A stretch of 63,721 bases of DNA, filler included, from Reticulomyxa filosa (lineage: Eukaryota > Protista > Foraminifera): the NCBI GenBank assembly GCA_000512085.1. It is 15 parts of 15 records of this genome, joined end to end, with 100 filler letters (N's around TTAATTAATTAA, not from the genome) between each part and the next. Parts side by side here need not be neighbours in the genome. Positions count along the whole stretch, not along the records: positions 52,802 to 54,614 come from ASPP01020784.1; positions 54,715 to 56,283 come from ASPP01001863.1; positions 56,384 to 58,145 come from ASPP01018172.1; positions 58,246 to 61,419 come from ASPP01024844.1; positions 61,520 to 62,519 come from ASPP01041836.1; positions 62,620 to 63,721 come from ASPP01046111.1; 9 more parts are not named here. One strand, written 5' to 3'. The translations under genes and the position numbers were made by a program. The notes below the pieces were generated by a model. That model did no database searches, was not told the DNA's origin, and worked only from the letters and a program-made list of their open reading frames with translations. Position 1 is the stretch's first letter. Every line of letters starts with the position of its first letter. Shown here piece after piece: positions 52,802-63,721 of the stretch.

Positions 52802-54532
52802 CATTTTCATTTTCATTTTCATCTTCATCCTCATCCCCACGTTCATCTTCTTCTGTGCCATTATTATCTTCCTCAGTCGATTGCTTTCCACTGTGTGGCG
52901 AGCGTACATCTTCTTTCATACGCTTTTTGTTCGTGTCTGTTTCGGTGTAAGACTCTGCACTGACATCAGCGTCGGTTTCTGTCTCAGGCTCTTGCTCTTG
53001 TTCTGGCTCTGTTTCTGTTTCTGTTTCTGGCTCTTCTCTAGCAACGTCTTTTTGTTTTTTTGTGTTGCCTTTCTTTTGTAATTGAGCATCATTTACATTT
53101 CCATTATCGTTAGCATTGGCATTAGTATTGTTGTCAATTTGTTCTTGTTCTTTTTGTTTCACTTTTTTTGCTTGTGGTGTTTTTTTGGAAATACCAACTC
53201 GTTTGGGACCAAGTGGCGAAATAAGTGAAATAGGCGAAATAGGTGAGATTGGCAAGTCCATTGGCTGCATTTTCTTAATTTCCTTGTCCTTATTGCTTTC
53301 TTTTTTTGTTAATTTGATATTGGTATTAACAGCGGCAGTAGTCACAATATCCGATTGCTTTGTCATTACTTTGGTTTCTTCCATTGTCTTTGTCGATCCC
53401 TCTTGAGTCCGTTTTTTCGAACCACCACTTGCGCTTTCCTTTGTCGTCTCCACATTGCTTTTTCTATTGGATCGTGGGGTGGCAATGCCTTTCTTCGGTG
53501 TGATTGGTGTTTTCGGAGATACATTCGTCATCATTCTTGGGGTAATTGCAGTGGGTGTAATCGAATTCACTTTGGCATTGCCATTGACATTGGATAGAGG
53601 AGATTTGGGTAATTCTAAAGTCGATGATCTATGAGGGGTTGATAGTTTGGAGTCTTCGATTGATTGAGATTTCATATTATTGTTACTCGTCGTATTATTT
53701 GTATTATTGTTATTATTACTGTTATTGTTATTATTGTTGTTATTATTATTGCTATTGCTATTGTCGGTATTAATATCATTTTTTTTTGATAAAAATTTCT
53801 TTTCCAAACTTTCTTGAAATCGCTTCATTCTCATTTCGTGCGTGGCCAGTATTTTCTCGTGTCGTTTCTTGACCAATGCCAACCCTTGCCTTTTTGGGGA
53901 AGCACTTTGGGAGTTGCGGACGAGGGCGACGAGGAGGGCAGAGACGATGACGGCGAGGACAGTGTTTTTGTGGATTCGTTGCCTTTCGACTTGGCGTCGG
54001 CCAATGGAGATTTAATTTTTTCACTGTTGCCTTTGGGGGTTTGCACATGAGAGGCGTCTTGCGTGGATTTCTTGCTCACGGCCTTGTCGCCATTGGTAAT
54101 GGAATTGGTTGTTGTGATTGTCGTTGCAGTTGGAGTGGATACTTTGTCTTTATTGACAAGTGACGTAAGAGACGAGGAAGAAGAAGAGGCACTGTCTGTG
54201 AAAAGGGATTTTTTCGACTCTTTCTTTTCGAGAATGATCTTGACTGCTTCTTGCGCTTGTTTGTGAATGTGTTTGCGATAGCCGTTGAAATTTACCTTTA
54301 AAATGTTTTCTTCATACAAGCCTCGAATGGCGTGAAATAGCATTTGTACTTTCAATTCGTTACTGCTTGTCATTTTCAACACTTCCATCATTTTTTGCGT
54401 GATCACGCAATGCCAAAGGGGCTTCTTCTCTTCCCATGACTCGTCGCGTAGCGGTAAATACTCTGTTTGTGCATCCATGATGTACATCAGCTCTGGCAAG
54501 TGCTGTGGTCTACAGTCATCATCCACCCAATG
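52802..54532 (-). CDS. Hypothetical low-complexity S/T/P/K/E-rich protein, partial at both ends
   Basis: ORFs 53831-54526 and 52746-53882 overlap, with one frame change near 53885; many SP/TP motifs and an acidic end. Confidence 0.55.
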
Positions 54533-56483
54533 TTCTTTTTTTTCCCATTGCTTTTATATTGGGTTGTCACTAAACTTTTCAAAAAATACTACAAATATAA
54601 ACAAACAAAAAAAANNNNNNNNNNNNNNNNNNNNNNNNNNNNNNNNNNNNNNNNNNNNTTAATTAATTAANNNNNNNNNNNNNNNNNNNNNNNNNNNNNN
54701 NNNNNNNNNNNNNNTACTCTAAAAACAAAAAAAAACCAATTGAAATTTGGTGATACTTTTTTTCTAAAAACGAATATCTTGTTATCTCTACACAAAAAAA
54801 ATCAAAATAAGATTGCTCAATTTTTTCTTTTATTTCATTCAAAACAATTAATCTCTTGGCTTCATTCTTACATAAACGATACTGTTTGTACAAACTTAAA
54901 AAAGATAAAAAAAGATGAATAGCATGTTCTGTTACATAAAAAAGAAAATAAAGTGAACAAGCTGAAAGCTTTTTCTCTTGTTGAATGTTATGACAATGTC
55001 TGGGTAGCTTCTTCAACTAAATTAAATATTTCCTTCAATTGTTCTGCTTTGCAATGTGTTCAATTGTCTTCTCTAAATTTGATGGGAAAAATATATCCGA
55101 TCAAACTTTTTATTTAATATCAAATTATATTTTTAATCTTTGACAAAAAGGATTGAAAGAATATCCAATTAAATAGAGAGATCCAAATGAATATTATATG
55201 TCTTAAGTTTGTATAAAAAGAACAATGAAAACATAAATGATGATAATAATAAATAATGTATTTAATTCATTTGACAAATATCTTGAAATTGTGGTATTAC
55301 ATTTCTATAACAAATTGATTATTGAGAGTTATTGTTGTGATCATTTTTATTCTTTTTTTTTTCTTCAAAGAAATGATTGTATAATTTTCCCAATATAAAT
55401 TGTGATGTTTTGTTATTCATTTTAAACAAATAAAAGTTTTCTTTTTATCCATTAACTTTTATTTTATTATCATTATTAATATATCATATTCCAAAAATTT
55501 ATAATGATAGAAAGTAGAATTCTTTTCTATAGAAAAAATAACATAAATCAATTGAATCATAGTTCTTCTTTTCTTTTCACTAAAAATATAAACACTTGTA
55601 ATATTTGAATAAATTATTGAGTGTAGTTAAAATAGCAATTAATTATATGACTGCTTTTTATTTAATGAAAATAAATCAATAATAGTTTGTTGTGAATAAT
55701 TTAATATTTCCATCCATCTTGTTTGTGAACATGTTTTCCTTTTTTTTTAAGAATTACTGAAAAGAATAAAATTATTGGATAGAATATGTTACAAGTAGTG
55801 TCAAACACAATATCAATTTGGATATCTTCAAATTGATTTTCATAACATAATCTGAAATATCTAAACTCTTTTTGATGTTATCATTTGTACACGATATAAT
55901 CCTGAACATGCGTTTCTAAAAAAACTACTCAGTTCATTCTTAAGAAAAAAAAAGTATCAAATGCTGTGCTGATAGCAAGTCCATTTACTTTTAATCCTTT
56001 TTTTGTAATTGAACTTTTAAAGTATTTGAATTGAAAAGTTTTAAAATCTTCCCCTTTTTGTAAAAAACAGCCAAGTAAAAAAAAAAACTATTTGAATAAG
56101 GACAAATATGTTACATTCTTTTTTTGTGTGAAAGTTACAAATAAAGTCTTATGTTTATCAATAAATGTTTTCACATTATTTCAGTAATTAGAATATGCTA
56201 TCTATCATTTTTAATTTTAATAGTAAAAACACCTTTTTAAATTAATTTTTTTCAAATAGTGTGATTTTTGTACAAAAAAAAAANNNNNNNNNNNNNNNNN
56301 NNNNNNNNNNNNNNNNNNNNNNNNNNNTTAATTAATTAANNNNNNNNNNNNNNNNNNNNNNNNNNNNNNNNNNNNNNNNNNNNTGTTTATTATATTTTTA
56401 GATAATATTGATTTTTAGAAAATACGCAAACAAAAACTATTCTCTCACCTGATTCAAATCCCCAAATCAGCTGTTGTTGCGTA

Positions 56484-56613
56484 CTCCCAAAATCAAAGCT
56501 TTAACACGAGTCAAAAGCTTAGGGTCGTGTGCAGTGTGCAACAGAGGAATGCATTGTACTGGCCGAGGAGTTATAGTCAAGAGAATGATATTGACGATCA
56601 ATATTGTTTCATT
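56484..56613 (-). CDS. Possible first exon of a secreted protein, 3'-partial
   Basis: MKTILIVNIILLTITPRPVQCIP..LLTRVKALILG followed by a GT; signal-peptide-like start about 130 bp after the NSF-like stop. Confidence 0.35.
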
Positions 56614-56740
56614 GTTTTAAAAAAAGTAACTCAATCAAAAAAAGAACAACGACCCTCCACAAACAACTTTCTTTTGTCATCCAAAAAAAAAAAAAAATCA
56701 CATTGAATTTGCGTATGTTGAATTTGTGCATGAAGCTGAA

Positions 56741-58108
56741 TTAAAAGAGAAATGACCTTTTTTCATGTGATCTGTGAATCTGATTAATTCTGATCTCATC
56801 CAAAGCATTAACGACGTCATGTGCCGTAACAATGAAATGGAGACTATTGAGAGCATTCTCTTTTTGGGTTGCGGCATGAGTGAAAACAGTTTCCAAGCAA
56901 TTCATGATACTAGTGTCTCTGAGTGCTCGTAAATCGGCCTGCGCTAAGCCTTCTGTCATATTCACAAGCCAGTCCATAGTAACATCCGGTGACAATTGAA
57001 TGGAAAGATTTGGAGGCGTAGTGTCTTGATTAGAATCAAGCAAAGCAGAAGACGAAGAAGAAGAAGAAGAAGAAGATGCCGGCAATGATGATGATAATGA
57101 TGATGGGTCTGTGGTCGCAATGGGCATAGCAAACAAGTGAGTGAGTACTAGTTTCCTTTGTTTTTCATTGGGAAGACCAATGTAAATATGGACATCGAAT
57201 CTCCCCGGTCTCAACAACGCACTATCGATATGGTGATAGCGATTGGTGGTAGCAATCACGAGCAAATTGTCCATTTCATCTATTCCATCTAAGCAACACA
57301 GCAATTGGTGAAGCCCCTGGTCACTGACTTTGCCAACTGTGGTGTTGTCTCTCTCTTTCGCAATGCTATCCAACTCGTCGAATATGATCAAATGAAGAGG
57401 AGACAAAAAGCCCTGTTCTTTCCAATCTCGTTTTGCTTCGTCAAACAATCGACGAACATTGCGAGCTGTTTGTCCAACGTAAGGGTGTTCCAGCTCTGGT
57501 CCATTTACAACGTTCACATTTTCCGGATCGATACCCAAGATTTTCGTTCCTTTTTTTTTTTTTTTTGAAGTTTTTGATTGGGTGCAAAAAAAAAAAAAAA
57601 CAAAAAAAAAAACCTCTTTATCTCTCACTCCCTCTCGTTCTGATAAATTCACCTAATTGTCTTGCCAAAGCGGTTTTGCCTGTCCCAGGAGGCCCATGTA
57701 GCAGTAAGCCTTTTGGCGGTTTGACTTTGAGGGAATCAAGCCACTTTGGGGCGATGCAACGGGCCACCAGCCATCGTTTGAGTTGCTTGCAAACCGACTC
57801 ATCGACACCGTAGATGCCAGAATCGGTCAGATGTTCCTCCAAGGCCAGGATAGATTGCAGCCTCTTGGAGAAGGCCGGCGATTGATAGTTGTTGTTGTTG
57901 TTGTTGTCATCGTGTTTGTCCTGCGCGTCACCGCCATCATCAGCATGGTCTTTGTTGTCTTTGTCGGCCGTCGCGACGTGCGTTCTGCGACGTCGTTCTT
58001 CGTGTTCAAACATAAGCGACGGACGACGTTTAAACATATTCGATTTGAAGTCATCTGCAGAATATGATGAAGATTTGGAATTGAATTTTGTCAGATCATT
58101 GTTATTAC

Positions 58109-58145
<37 letters not shown>
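56741..58145 (-). CDS. NSF/Sec18-like AAA+ ATPase with a D1-type domain only, 5'-partial
   Basis: KGLLLHGPPGTGKTALARQLG, VVNGPEL..YVGQTARNVRRLF, LHLIIFDELDSIAKER, QLL..DG, TNR..IDSALLRPGR; VVNGPE and LHxIIFDE are NSF D1 signatures. Stop at 56741. Confidence 0.85.
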
Positions 58146-61100
58146 NNNNNNNNNNNNNNNNNNNNNNNNNNNNNNNNNNNNNNNNNNNNTTAATTAATTA
58201 ANNNNNNNNNNNNNNNNNNNNNNNNNNNNNNNNNNNNNNNNNNNNTTGACATTTTGTATAGTGCGAGATTTGGAATACTTCAGCTTGCATTTTTTCTTTA
58301 AACAAAACTAACTTTTGAGAACAGAAACAATTTATCTTATGCAGAATCTTCAAACAAAGAAATTTTCGTGAATTTATCAGATAAAAATAAAAAAATTTAA
58401 AACAATCAAATAAGAAAACAACAAAAAATTATAATAAGAGAAAATTGTACGTGTCAAGAAATTGCTTCGTTACACTACACAGCAAACAACTTTCATTAAT
58501 AAAAAATAATTTTATAAGACACAAAGTGTGGTCAAATGATTGTGACATTGGATTATCACTCAAGTGAAGTTTAAGGCTTAATGTTCCAAGATTAAAAGCA
58601 AATATCTCAGTGTGCAAGAATTACATTTGATTATTATCCAGAGTTTGGAGGCTATTGGAAAGGATTATAATTAATATGATATTCCAGTACAATCTGATTA
58701 ACGTAATCAACTTAGACATCGATTGGTTGTGCTTGTTTTGATTGACTGCTTCAGTGTATGATACCAATTGGTTGTTGTCAAGTTTCTTTTTGATTATGAA
58801 GGTGGAGGAATGCATTCTATATTATCGCAAATCACTTTATTTGTACAGAATCACTTGAATTCTTATTGCAAAATACGTATCGATGTAAACTTAGATCATT
58901 ATTATGTATTTTTCGTGATTCAAAATAATTGAATATCTTTTTTCTAATTGAACATTTTTTTGCGATGTGATTCAATTTGAAATAATTTTGACATTGCTTA
59001 AAATGAGACTTAGGTTTTGACTTGCTATTGTAAATAAGATAGTTTGTTTTCTTTTAAAGTTTTTGCATGGAGTGCGTGATTGTGTCAGACTGTTGATTGC
59101 TTCGTCTTCAAATCTAACTAATTTTATGCAAATAAAAGCAAGTTAAGCAATTGGATTAAAATAATCATTGCACCAGTATAAAAGAAAAATATTCAATTAA
59201 ACAAAAACTAAAATGCTGTTCAAAAATTGTTTAAAAAAACATAGTAACCAATAAACAAAATTGCGCATGTTTCATGCACAGTCTCTAAGTCAACTAAAGA
59301 GACAACAACACTAAAAGCAAAACAAATATCTGATAACAAATACACGTAATAAAAAAATGAACACAAAACAATAAACAAAAGCATTTCAATATTTCTTTTA
59401 ATATTATGGAACACAGCAAATTTCTTAAGAAATTCAGTAGCCTATAATAAAATGAAAGGAAAAACAGCTTGGAAGTGTTACAACTGGCTGTTTTCACAAA
59501 AAACTTTGAAATGCACTGAATGAAAATGGTTTGATGAGAATCTAATTTAAAAATAAATTAATGAAAACAAACAATTGAATTACTTGAGTTTATTCGAACA
59601 CTTCAGTCTCTGAAAGTCATAAAGGGCAAATTAATTAATTCTAAGATTAAAAAAAAAACTTTCTTGTACGGTCTTTGCCGGTCAAGTAAAACGCAATATT
59701 CGAGAACCCAATTCTTGAAGAGACAATAAAACGCGCATGTATTGGTTTTCACACGTTGTATTGATTTGACACGATTTTTTTCGTATGGGCCGGGAAGCCA
59801 AAGGCTTCGGCTTCCTCTCATTTTGGCAATGAGGATATTTTAAAAATCAAGTAAAGCATTTCAAAGTCGTTTTCGTCTAAGAAAGTGCATCAAGATTTTT
59901 CGGGCCAAGAAAGAAGAAGAAAGTAAAAAAATTTTTAGTGATATAAAGTTTTTACATTGTTGGGTTTTTGTAATATTATGATTGTAGTGTGACTTCTTCA
60001 CTTTTATTACCTTTTTTGCAACGTCTTTTGTTGCTATTCATTTTCGGATGTGTTATAGTCGGATCAGCATCTGAGTGCTGTGTGAATGTGAGAAGTGGAA
60101 GTGGTTGTTTAAACTTAAGGCGTATATTAACATCAGTTGCTTTAAGAGTATATATTTGCAAACTCATGGTAACTGGGATAATAACTTTTTACTGGAAACG
60201 GGTGGCTTGAGGGAAAATGTCGAAACTTGCTTGCATTAAGAGTATATGACACATTTGATAAATTGGTAATATCGAGGCAATTACTGGTTTTTGTATTTGG
60301 CAGAACTCCGATGGGCTGATAACTTATACTGAACTTCGGGCAAAACCGAAAGTCAATCGCTGATAACAAGGATTGTGAAGGAGATATGGAAAGCCATGTT
60401 GAGACAAAATACCTCTAATGGAATGGTTCAAACATATAATTTAATGGTAAGTCAGACATGTTAACTGCACTTCCAAACATGTCTACAACTTGTAGTATTG
60501 AAAATAGTATTTGGAATAGAATTAATCATGTAAATAATATACAAAATTTCGAGATATTAAATTACCAAAATTATAGAATACCAAGATGGATATTGACAAT
60601 AATAGCGTTAAAAGAATCGTGACAAAAAGAAAAATATCATATGATAGATGGAAGAATGTGAAGAAGACAAAGTATTCTAGATCAGACTTGCAAGTTGTTG
60701 TGTCAAGTTCAAAGACGCAACACAATGACGAAAAGACAGCTGACAAAATTACATTTGAGAGCGTGTGGAAAAAGAATATGAAGACTCGAGACAAATTCTT
60801 TGCTCCAACGTTCCAACGATTGTCATAACTTCAATTAAAACCAAAGAACTCAAGTCCGCAACGTTAGTGATTAAGTTACTTGGATTGAAGAACAGAGTGC
60901 GTTGTCCAGAAAAGTATAGTGCATACATTTTCTAGGCATTATTTGCTCATTTTACAGTTGATAGTAATGATCAGCAGCTAATTCAATTCGCTAATAGCCT
61001 AAATAATGGCAAAAATGGACAAATGGACAAAAAGAAAATCAAGATGATAAATAAAGAATTGTAAAGCAGTCAAGATGTGACATTTAAGACGTTCGCTGTA

Positions 61101-61574
61101 GAACAAAAGAAAAAACTTGAAGAAACAGTGATTAATACTGAAGTAAATATACGTACCGCTTTGGGTATCAACTCGTGAAAGCGATGACATCTAATATTGA
61201 AGATGTTGTTAAAATAATGACATAAGATTAGATATCCAATGGTGAAAATGGAACAATTCATATATCTGATATTGCGATTTTGCGCGAGATCAGATATATA
61301 CAAGATAACAAACAAAACACACAAAATGAATAATCGAATCAAAATAATATTAATAAGAAAGAATGTCGAACAAAAGTTAGTAACTTTTTCTATTAAATAA
61401 GCCGAAATGACAATAGCAANNNNNNNNNNNNNNNNNNNNNNNNNNNNNNNNNNNNNNNNNNNNTTAATTAATTAANNNNNNNNNNNNNNNNNNNNNNNNN
61501 NNNNNNNNNNNNNNNNNNNAAAAGTACTTTTTGCTTCATATCATTCATATCCTAATTTTTTTTTACATTTTTTG

Positions 61575-62519
61575 ATACGTACACGTCACTTTTTTTTTTG
61601 CTTTTACCGTTGATCATGAACATGTTCTTGCTTTTATGAGAAAAAAAATCACCAGCAACTGGATGTATGTTTTCTTGATCGTCGTCTTAGACTGTGTCTT
61701 GGTTGCCGTCGCGATTGCGTATGTCGTCACTGCCTTTTCATAGGAATCTTTTTGTTGGGCGGACTTATCTGAGAGACTTTACTTGTTTGGTGGACACATC
61801 GTATCAGCAGCAACAACAGCAGTAGCAGTAAAAGCATTATGCTGGTTCGTGCCGATGAACCTAGTATTCTCTTATTCTTAGTCATCACTTACTGATTGAA
61901 CTGGAGCAGTCCAGGAATTTGGCCGCCGGATGACATTGCAATGATAAGTGTCCATATCTAGTCCACAGGTGGGGGATAATGACTCTTTGGCTGCATCTGT
62001 GTCATTGAAACATCATGTCATTGTTGCTGTTGTTGATATTGACTATACCTTTGATGCTGTTGTGGCTGTTGCCATTGTACCATCCAATGGTTAATATTGC
62101 CATTACCACTTTGCTGTTGGAAATGCAACAGGTTCATCGAATTCATTGGCATAATGTTTTATTATTTATCACATGCAAATTCGTGATCGAACTTTTTTAT
62201 TATTATTTTTATTGATACGTTAAAAAAAAAAACTCGTCGGAATTTTTTTGATTTAAAAACCAACACAAAAAAATAAAATTGCGTAAATATATTATATATA
62301 CATAAGTAATAAAGAGTGGCTTTGCATACCATAATAGCACACTGTAAATATGTTAATTAATCTTTTATTTTTCTGTGATAGTTTTTTTGAATAAATAAAA
62401 AATGATACAGTGAAGACAAAGCCTTTGTTTTCTTAACAAATTTTGATATTATATACGCAATTGCCAAAAGAGTTTTTTGCAAACCCCTTTATTGACAGAA
62501 AAAAGCAAGTTTTTTTTAT
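61575..62519. repeat. Dispersed repeat, copy 2; pseudogene of a Q-rich protein on the minus strand
   Basis: Paralogous to 37466-38185. Minus frame from ~62153 reads MPMNSMNLLHFQQQ..QYQQQQQ*HDVSM..VD*IW with many stops. Confidence 0.85.
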
Positions 62520-63721
62520 NNNNNNNNNNNNNNNNNNNNNNNNNNNNNNNNNNNNNNNNNNNNTTAATTAATTAANNNNNNNNNNNNNNNNNNNNNNNNN
62601 NNNNNNNNNNNNNNNNNNNTAAAAATGAATTATAAAAGTTAATTGATAAAAATTTTGATTATTATGGTAGTTTATTTTGTATTTTATGCTTGTCCGTTGT
62701 GCGATGGTATACCCGCCAATCCTTATTTTTTTTAGTTGTAATATGATTTATTTTGTGTGATGCATTCGCATTCATACATACCTTTAACCATACGTAATTA
62801 GCTCTAGCCACAATTGTGACAAAGGCTAGAACAAAGATAAAATATTTGAAAGTCTGAGAAAACAGGCAACAAAAATGTTTACGTAGCAAATTGATACATT
62901 TTTCAATAATTCTTTTAGATGTTGTTATTTTTTAAAAGCAATTTGATTTGTAATGCTGATCAAACGCATTCTCTTTTTGGTTAGCAATTTTTCAGATTTA
63001 TCAAATATCTCATATAAGACACGAGAATCTGTAGACTTGCAATTTTTGGAAACAATCTTAAAATGAGAAAGTAACTAATAAATTTTAAAAAAGTACATTT
63101 CCTTTTTTGGCCAAGTGCTCGCTTTTTTATGGCTTTTTTTGTTAAAAAACGATTTAGACTTATTTCTATTAAAAAACAGACGTTTAGTTAGCATGTGCAA
63201 TAACAAGCTCACAAACGACGATCTTTTGGGTAGTTTGTAAACATACAAAAAAGAGTAAGCGATATCTTCAGGTAATAATGAACTATTTGGCAAACTTTTC
63301 GTATAAGCAGTAAATCCATTGCAAATATAACTATCTTCTGTATTCTTTCAAGTTTCTAAATTTTTCTAGAGCAAGTTAATAAAAAAAAAAAAGTAATGCA
63401 TCAACAAATTCCTTTACAAATAAGTAATATTAAAATTGAACAAACATACAAAAAAGTTGCAACATTGACGTAAAACATATCTTGAACGTCTTTACTAATG
63501 GTGCCAAAAGCACTGCTGAAAGTTTCTTCAATGAGAATGCTCTATTGACATCAGTTGAATGTTTACGCTCTTGACTGACTTTCAGTGCACGTTTTAAACA
63601 TTTAATAGTCAAAGCAATGAAAAAAGAAAAAGTTTTATAAAAAAAGAAAAGGCGCAAACAGATTTTAAAAAAAAAGCAAAGGAAGGAAATAAAAAGTAAA
63701 ATCAGGCGGCGCCTTCAGGAA

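Noticed and set aside
54715-56283. Gene in contig 11
   Set aside because: Very AT-rich with only short stop-riddled peptide-like stretches; possibly pseudogene debris, but no supportable call.
58246-61419. Genes in contig 13 (and 62620-63721)
   Set aside because: Short ORFs on both strands with no recognisable motif or consistent splice model.
61630-62153. Alternative genetic code (TAA/TAG = Gln) suggested by stops in the Q-rich frame
   Set aside because: All three stop types occur, they differ between the two copies, and intact genes here end in TAA, TAG or TGA. Pseudogene decay explains it.
7744-62619. Recurring TTAATTAATTAA between N-runs as a biological repeat or CRISPR-like array; gene neighbourhoods across contigs
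   Set aside because: These are identical 100-bp artificial spacers with six-frame stops, so adjacency across them has no biological meaning.

Overview
This is a eukaryotic, AT-rich, intron-rich sequence, not a single locus. It is 15 unlinked contigs joined by artificial 100-bp spacers (N44-TTAATTAATTAA-N44). The ubiquitin variant ([17 protein letters not shown]), a recognisable NACHT/WD40-family fragment, poly-A/poly-T introns and many pseudogenes point to a foraminiferan such as Reticulomyxa filosa (inference). Recognisable genes: adenylate kinase (apparently with a second AK domain starting at the window edge), a 4-EF-hand calmodulin/centrin-like protein, PEX19, ataxin-3/Josephin, a mucolipin-like channel C-terminus, an intronless PPR-SMR protein, tRNA isopentenyltransferase, HDAC1/RPD3, a coiled-coil/Tudor-like/PH protein with an in-frame TGA, a 7TM receptor, an arylsulfatase, and an NSF-like AAA ATPase lacking D2. 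Also present are a decayed LINE and a mosaic of gene fragments. The most striking item is one ~5.9-kb gene that splices into CAP-Gly x2 - SAM - PUB - REM - CDC25 RasGEF, a candidate microtubule- and p97-linked Ras activator. Splice signals are atypical (mostly GTT donors, A-rich acceptors). Several frameshifts fall in homopolymer runs and are treated as sequencing errors. All calls come from reading motifs by eye; no database searches were run.
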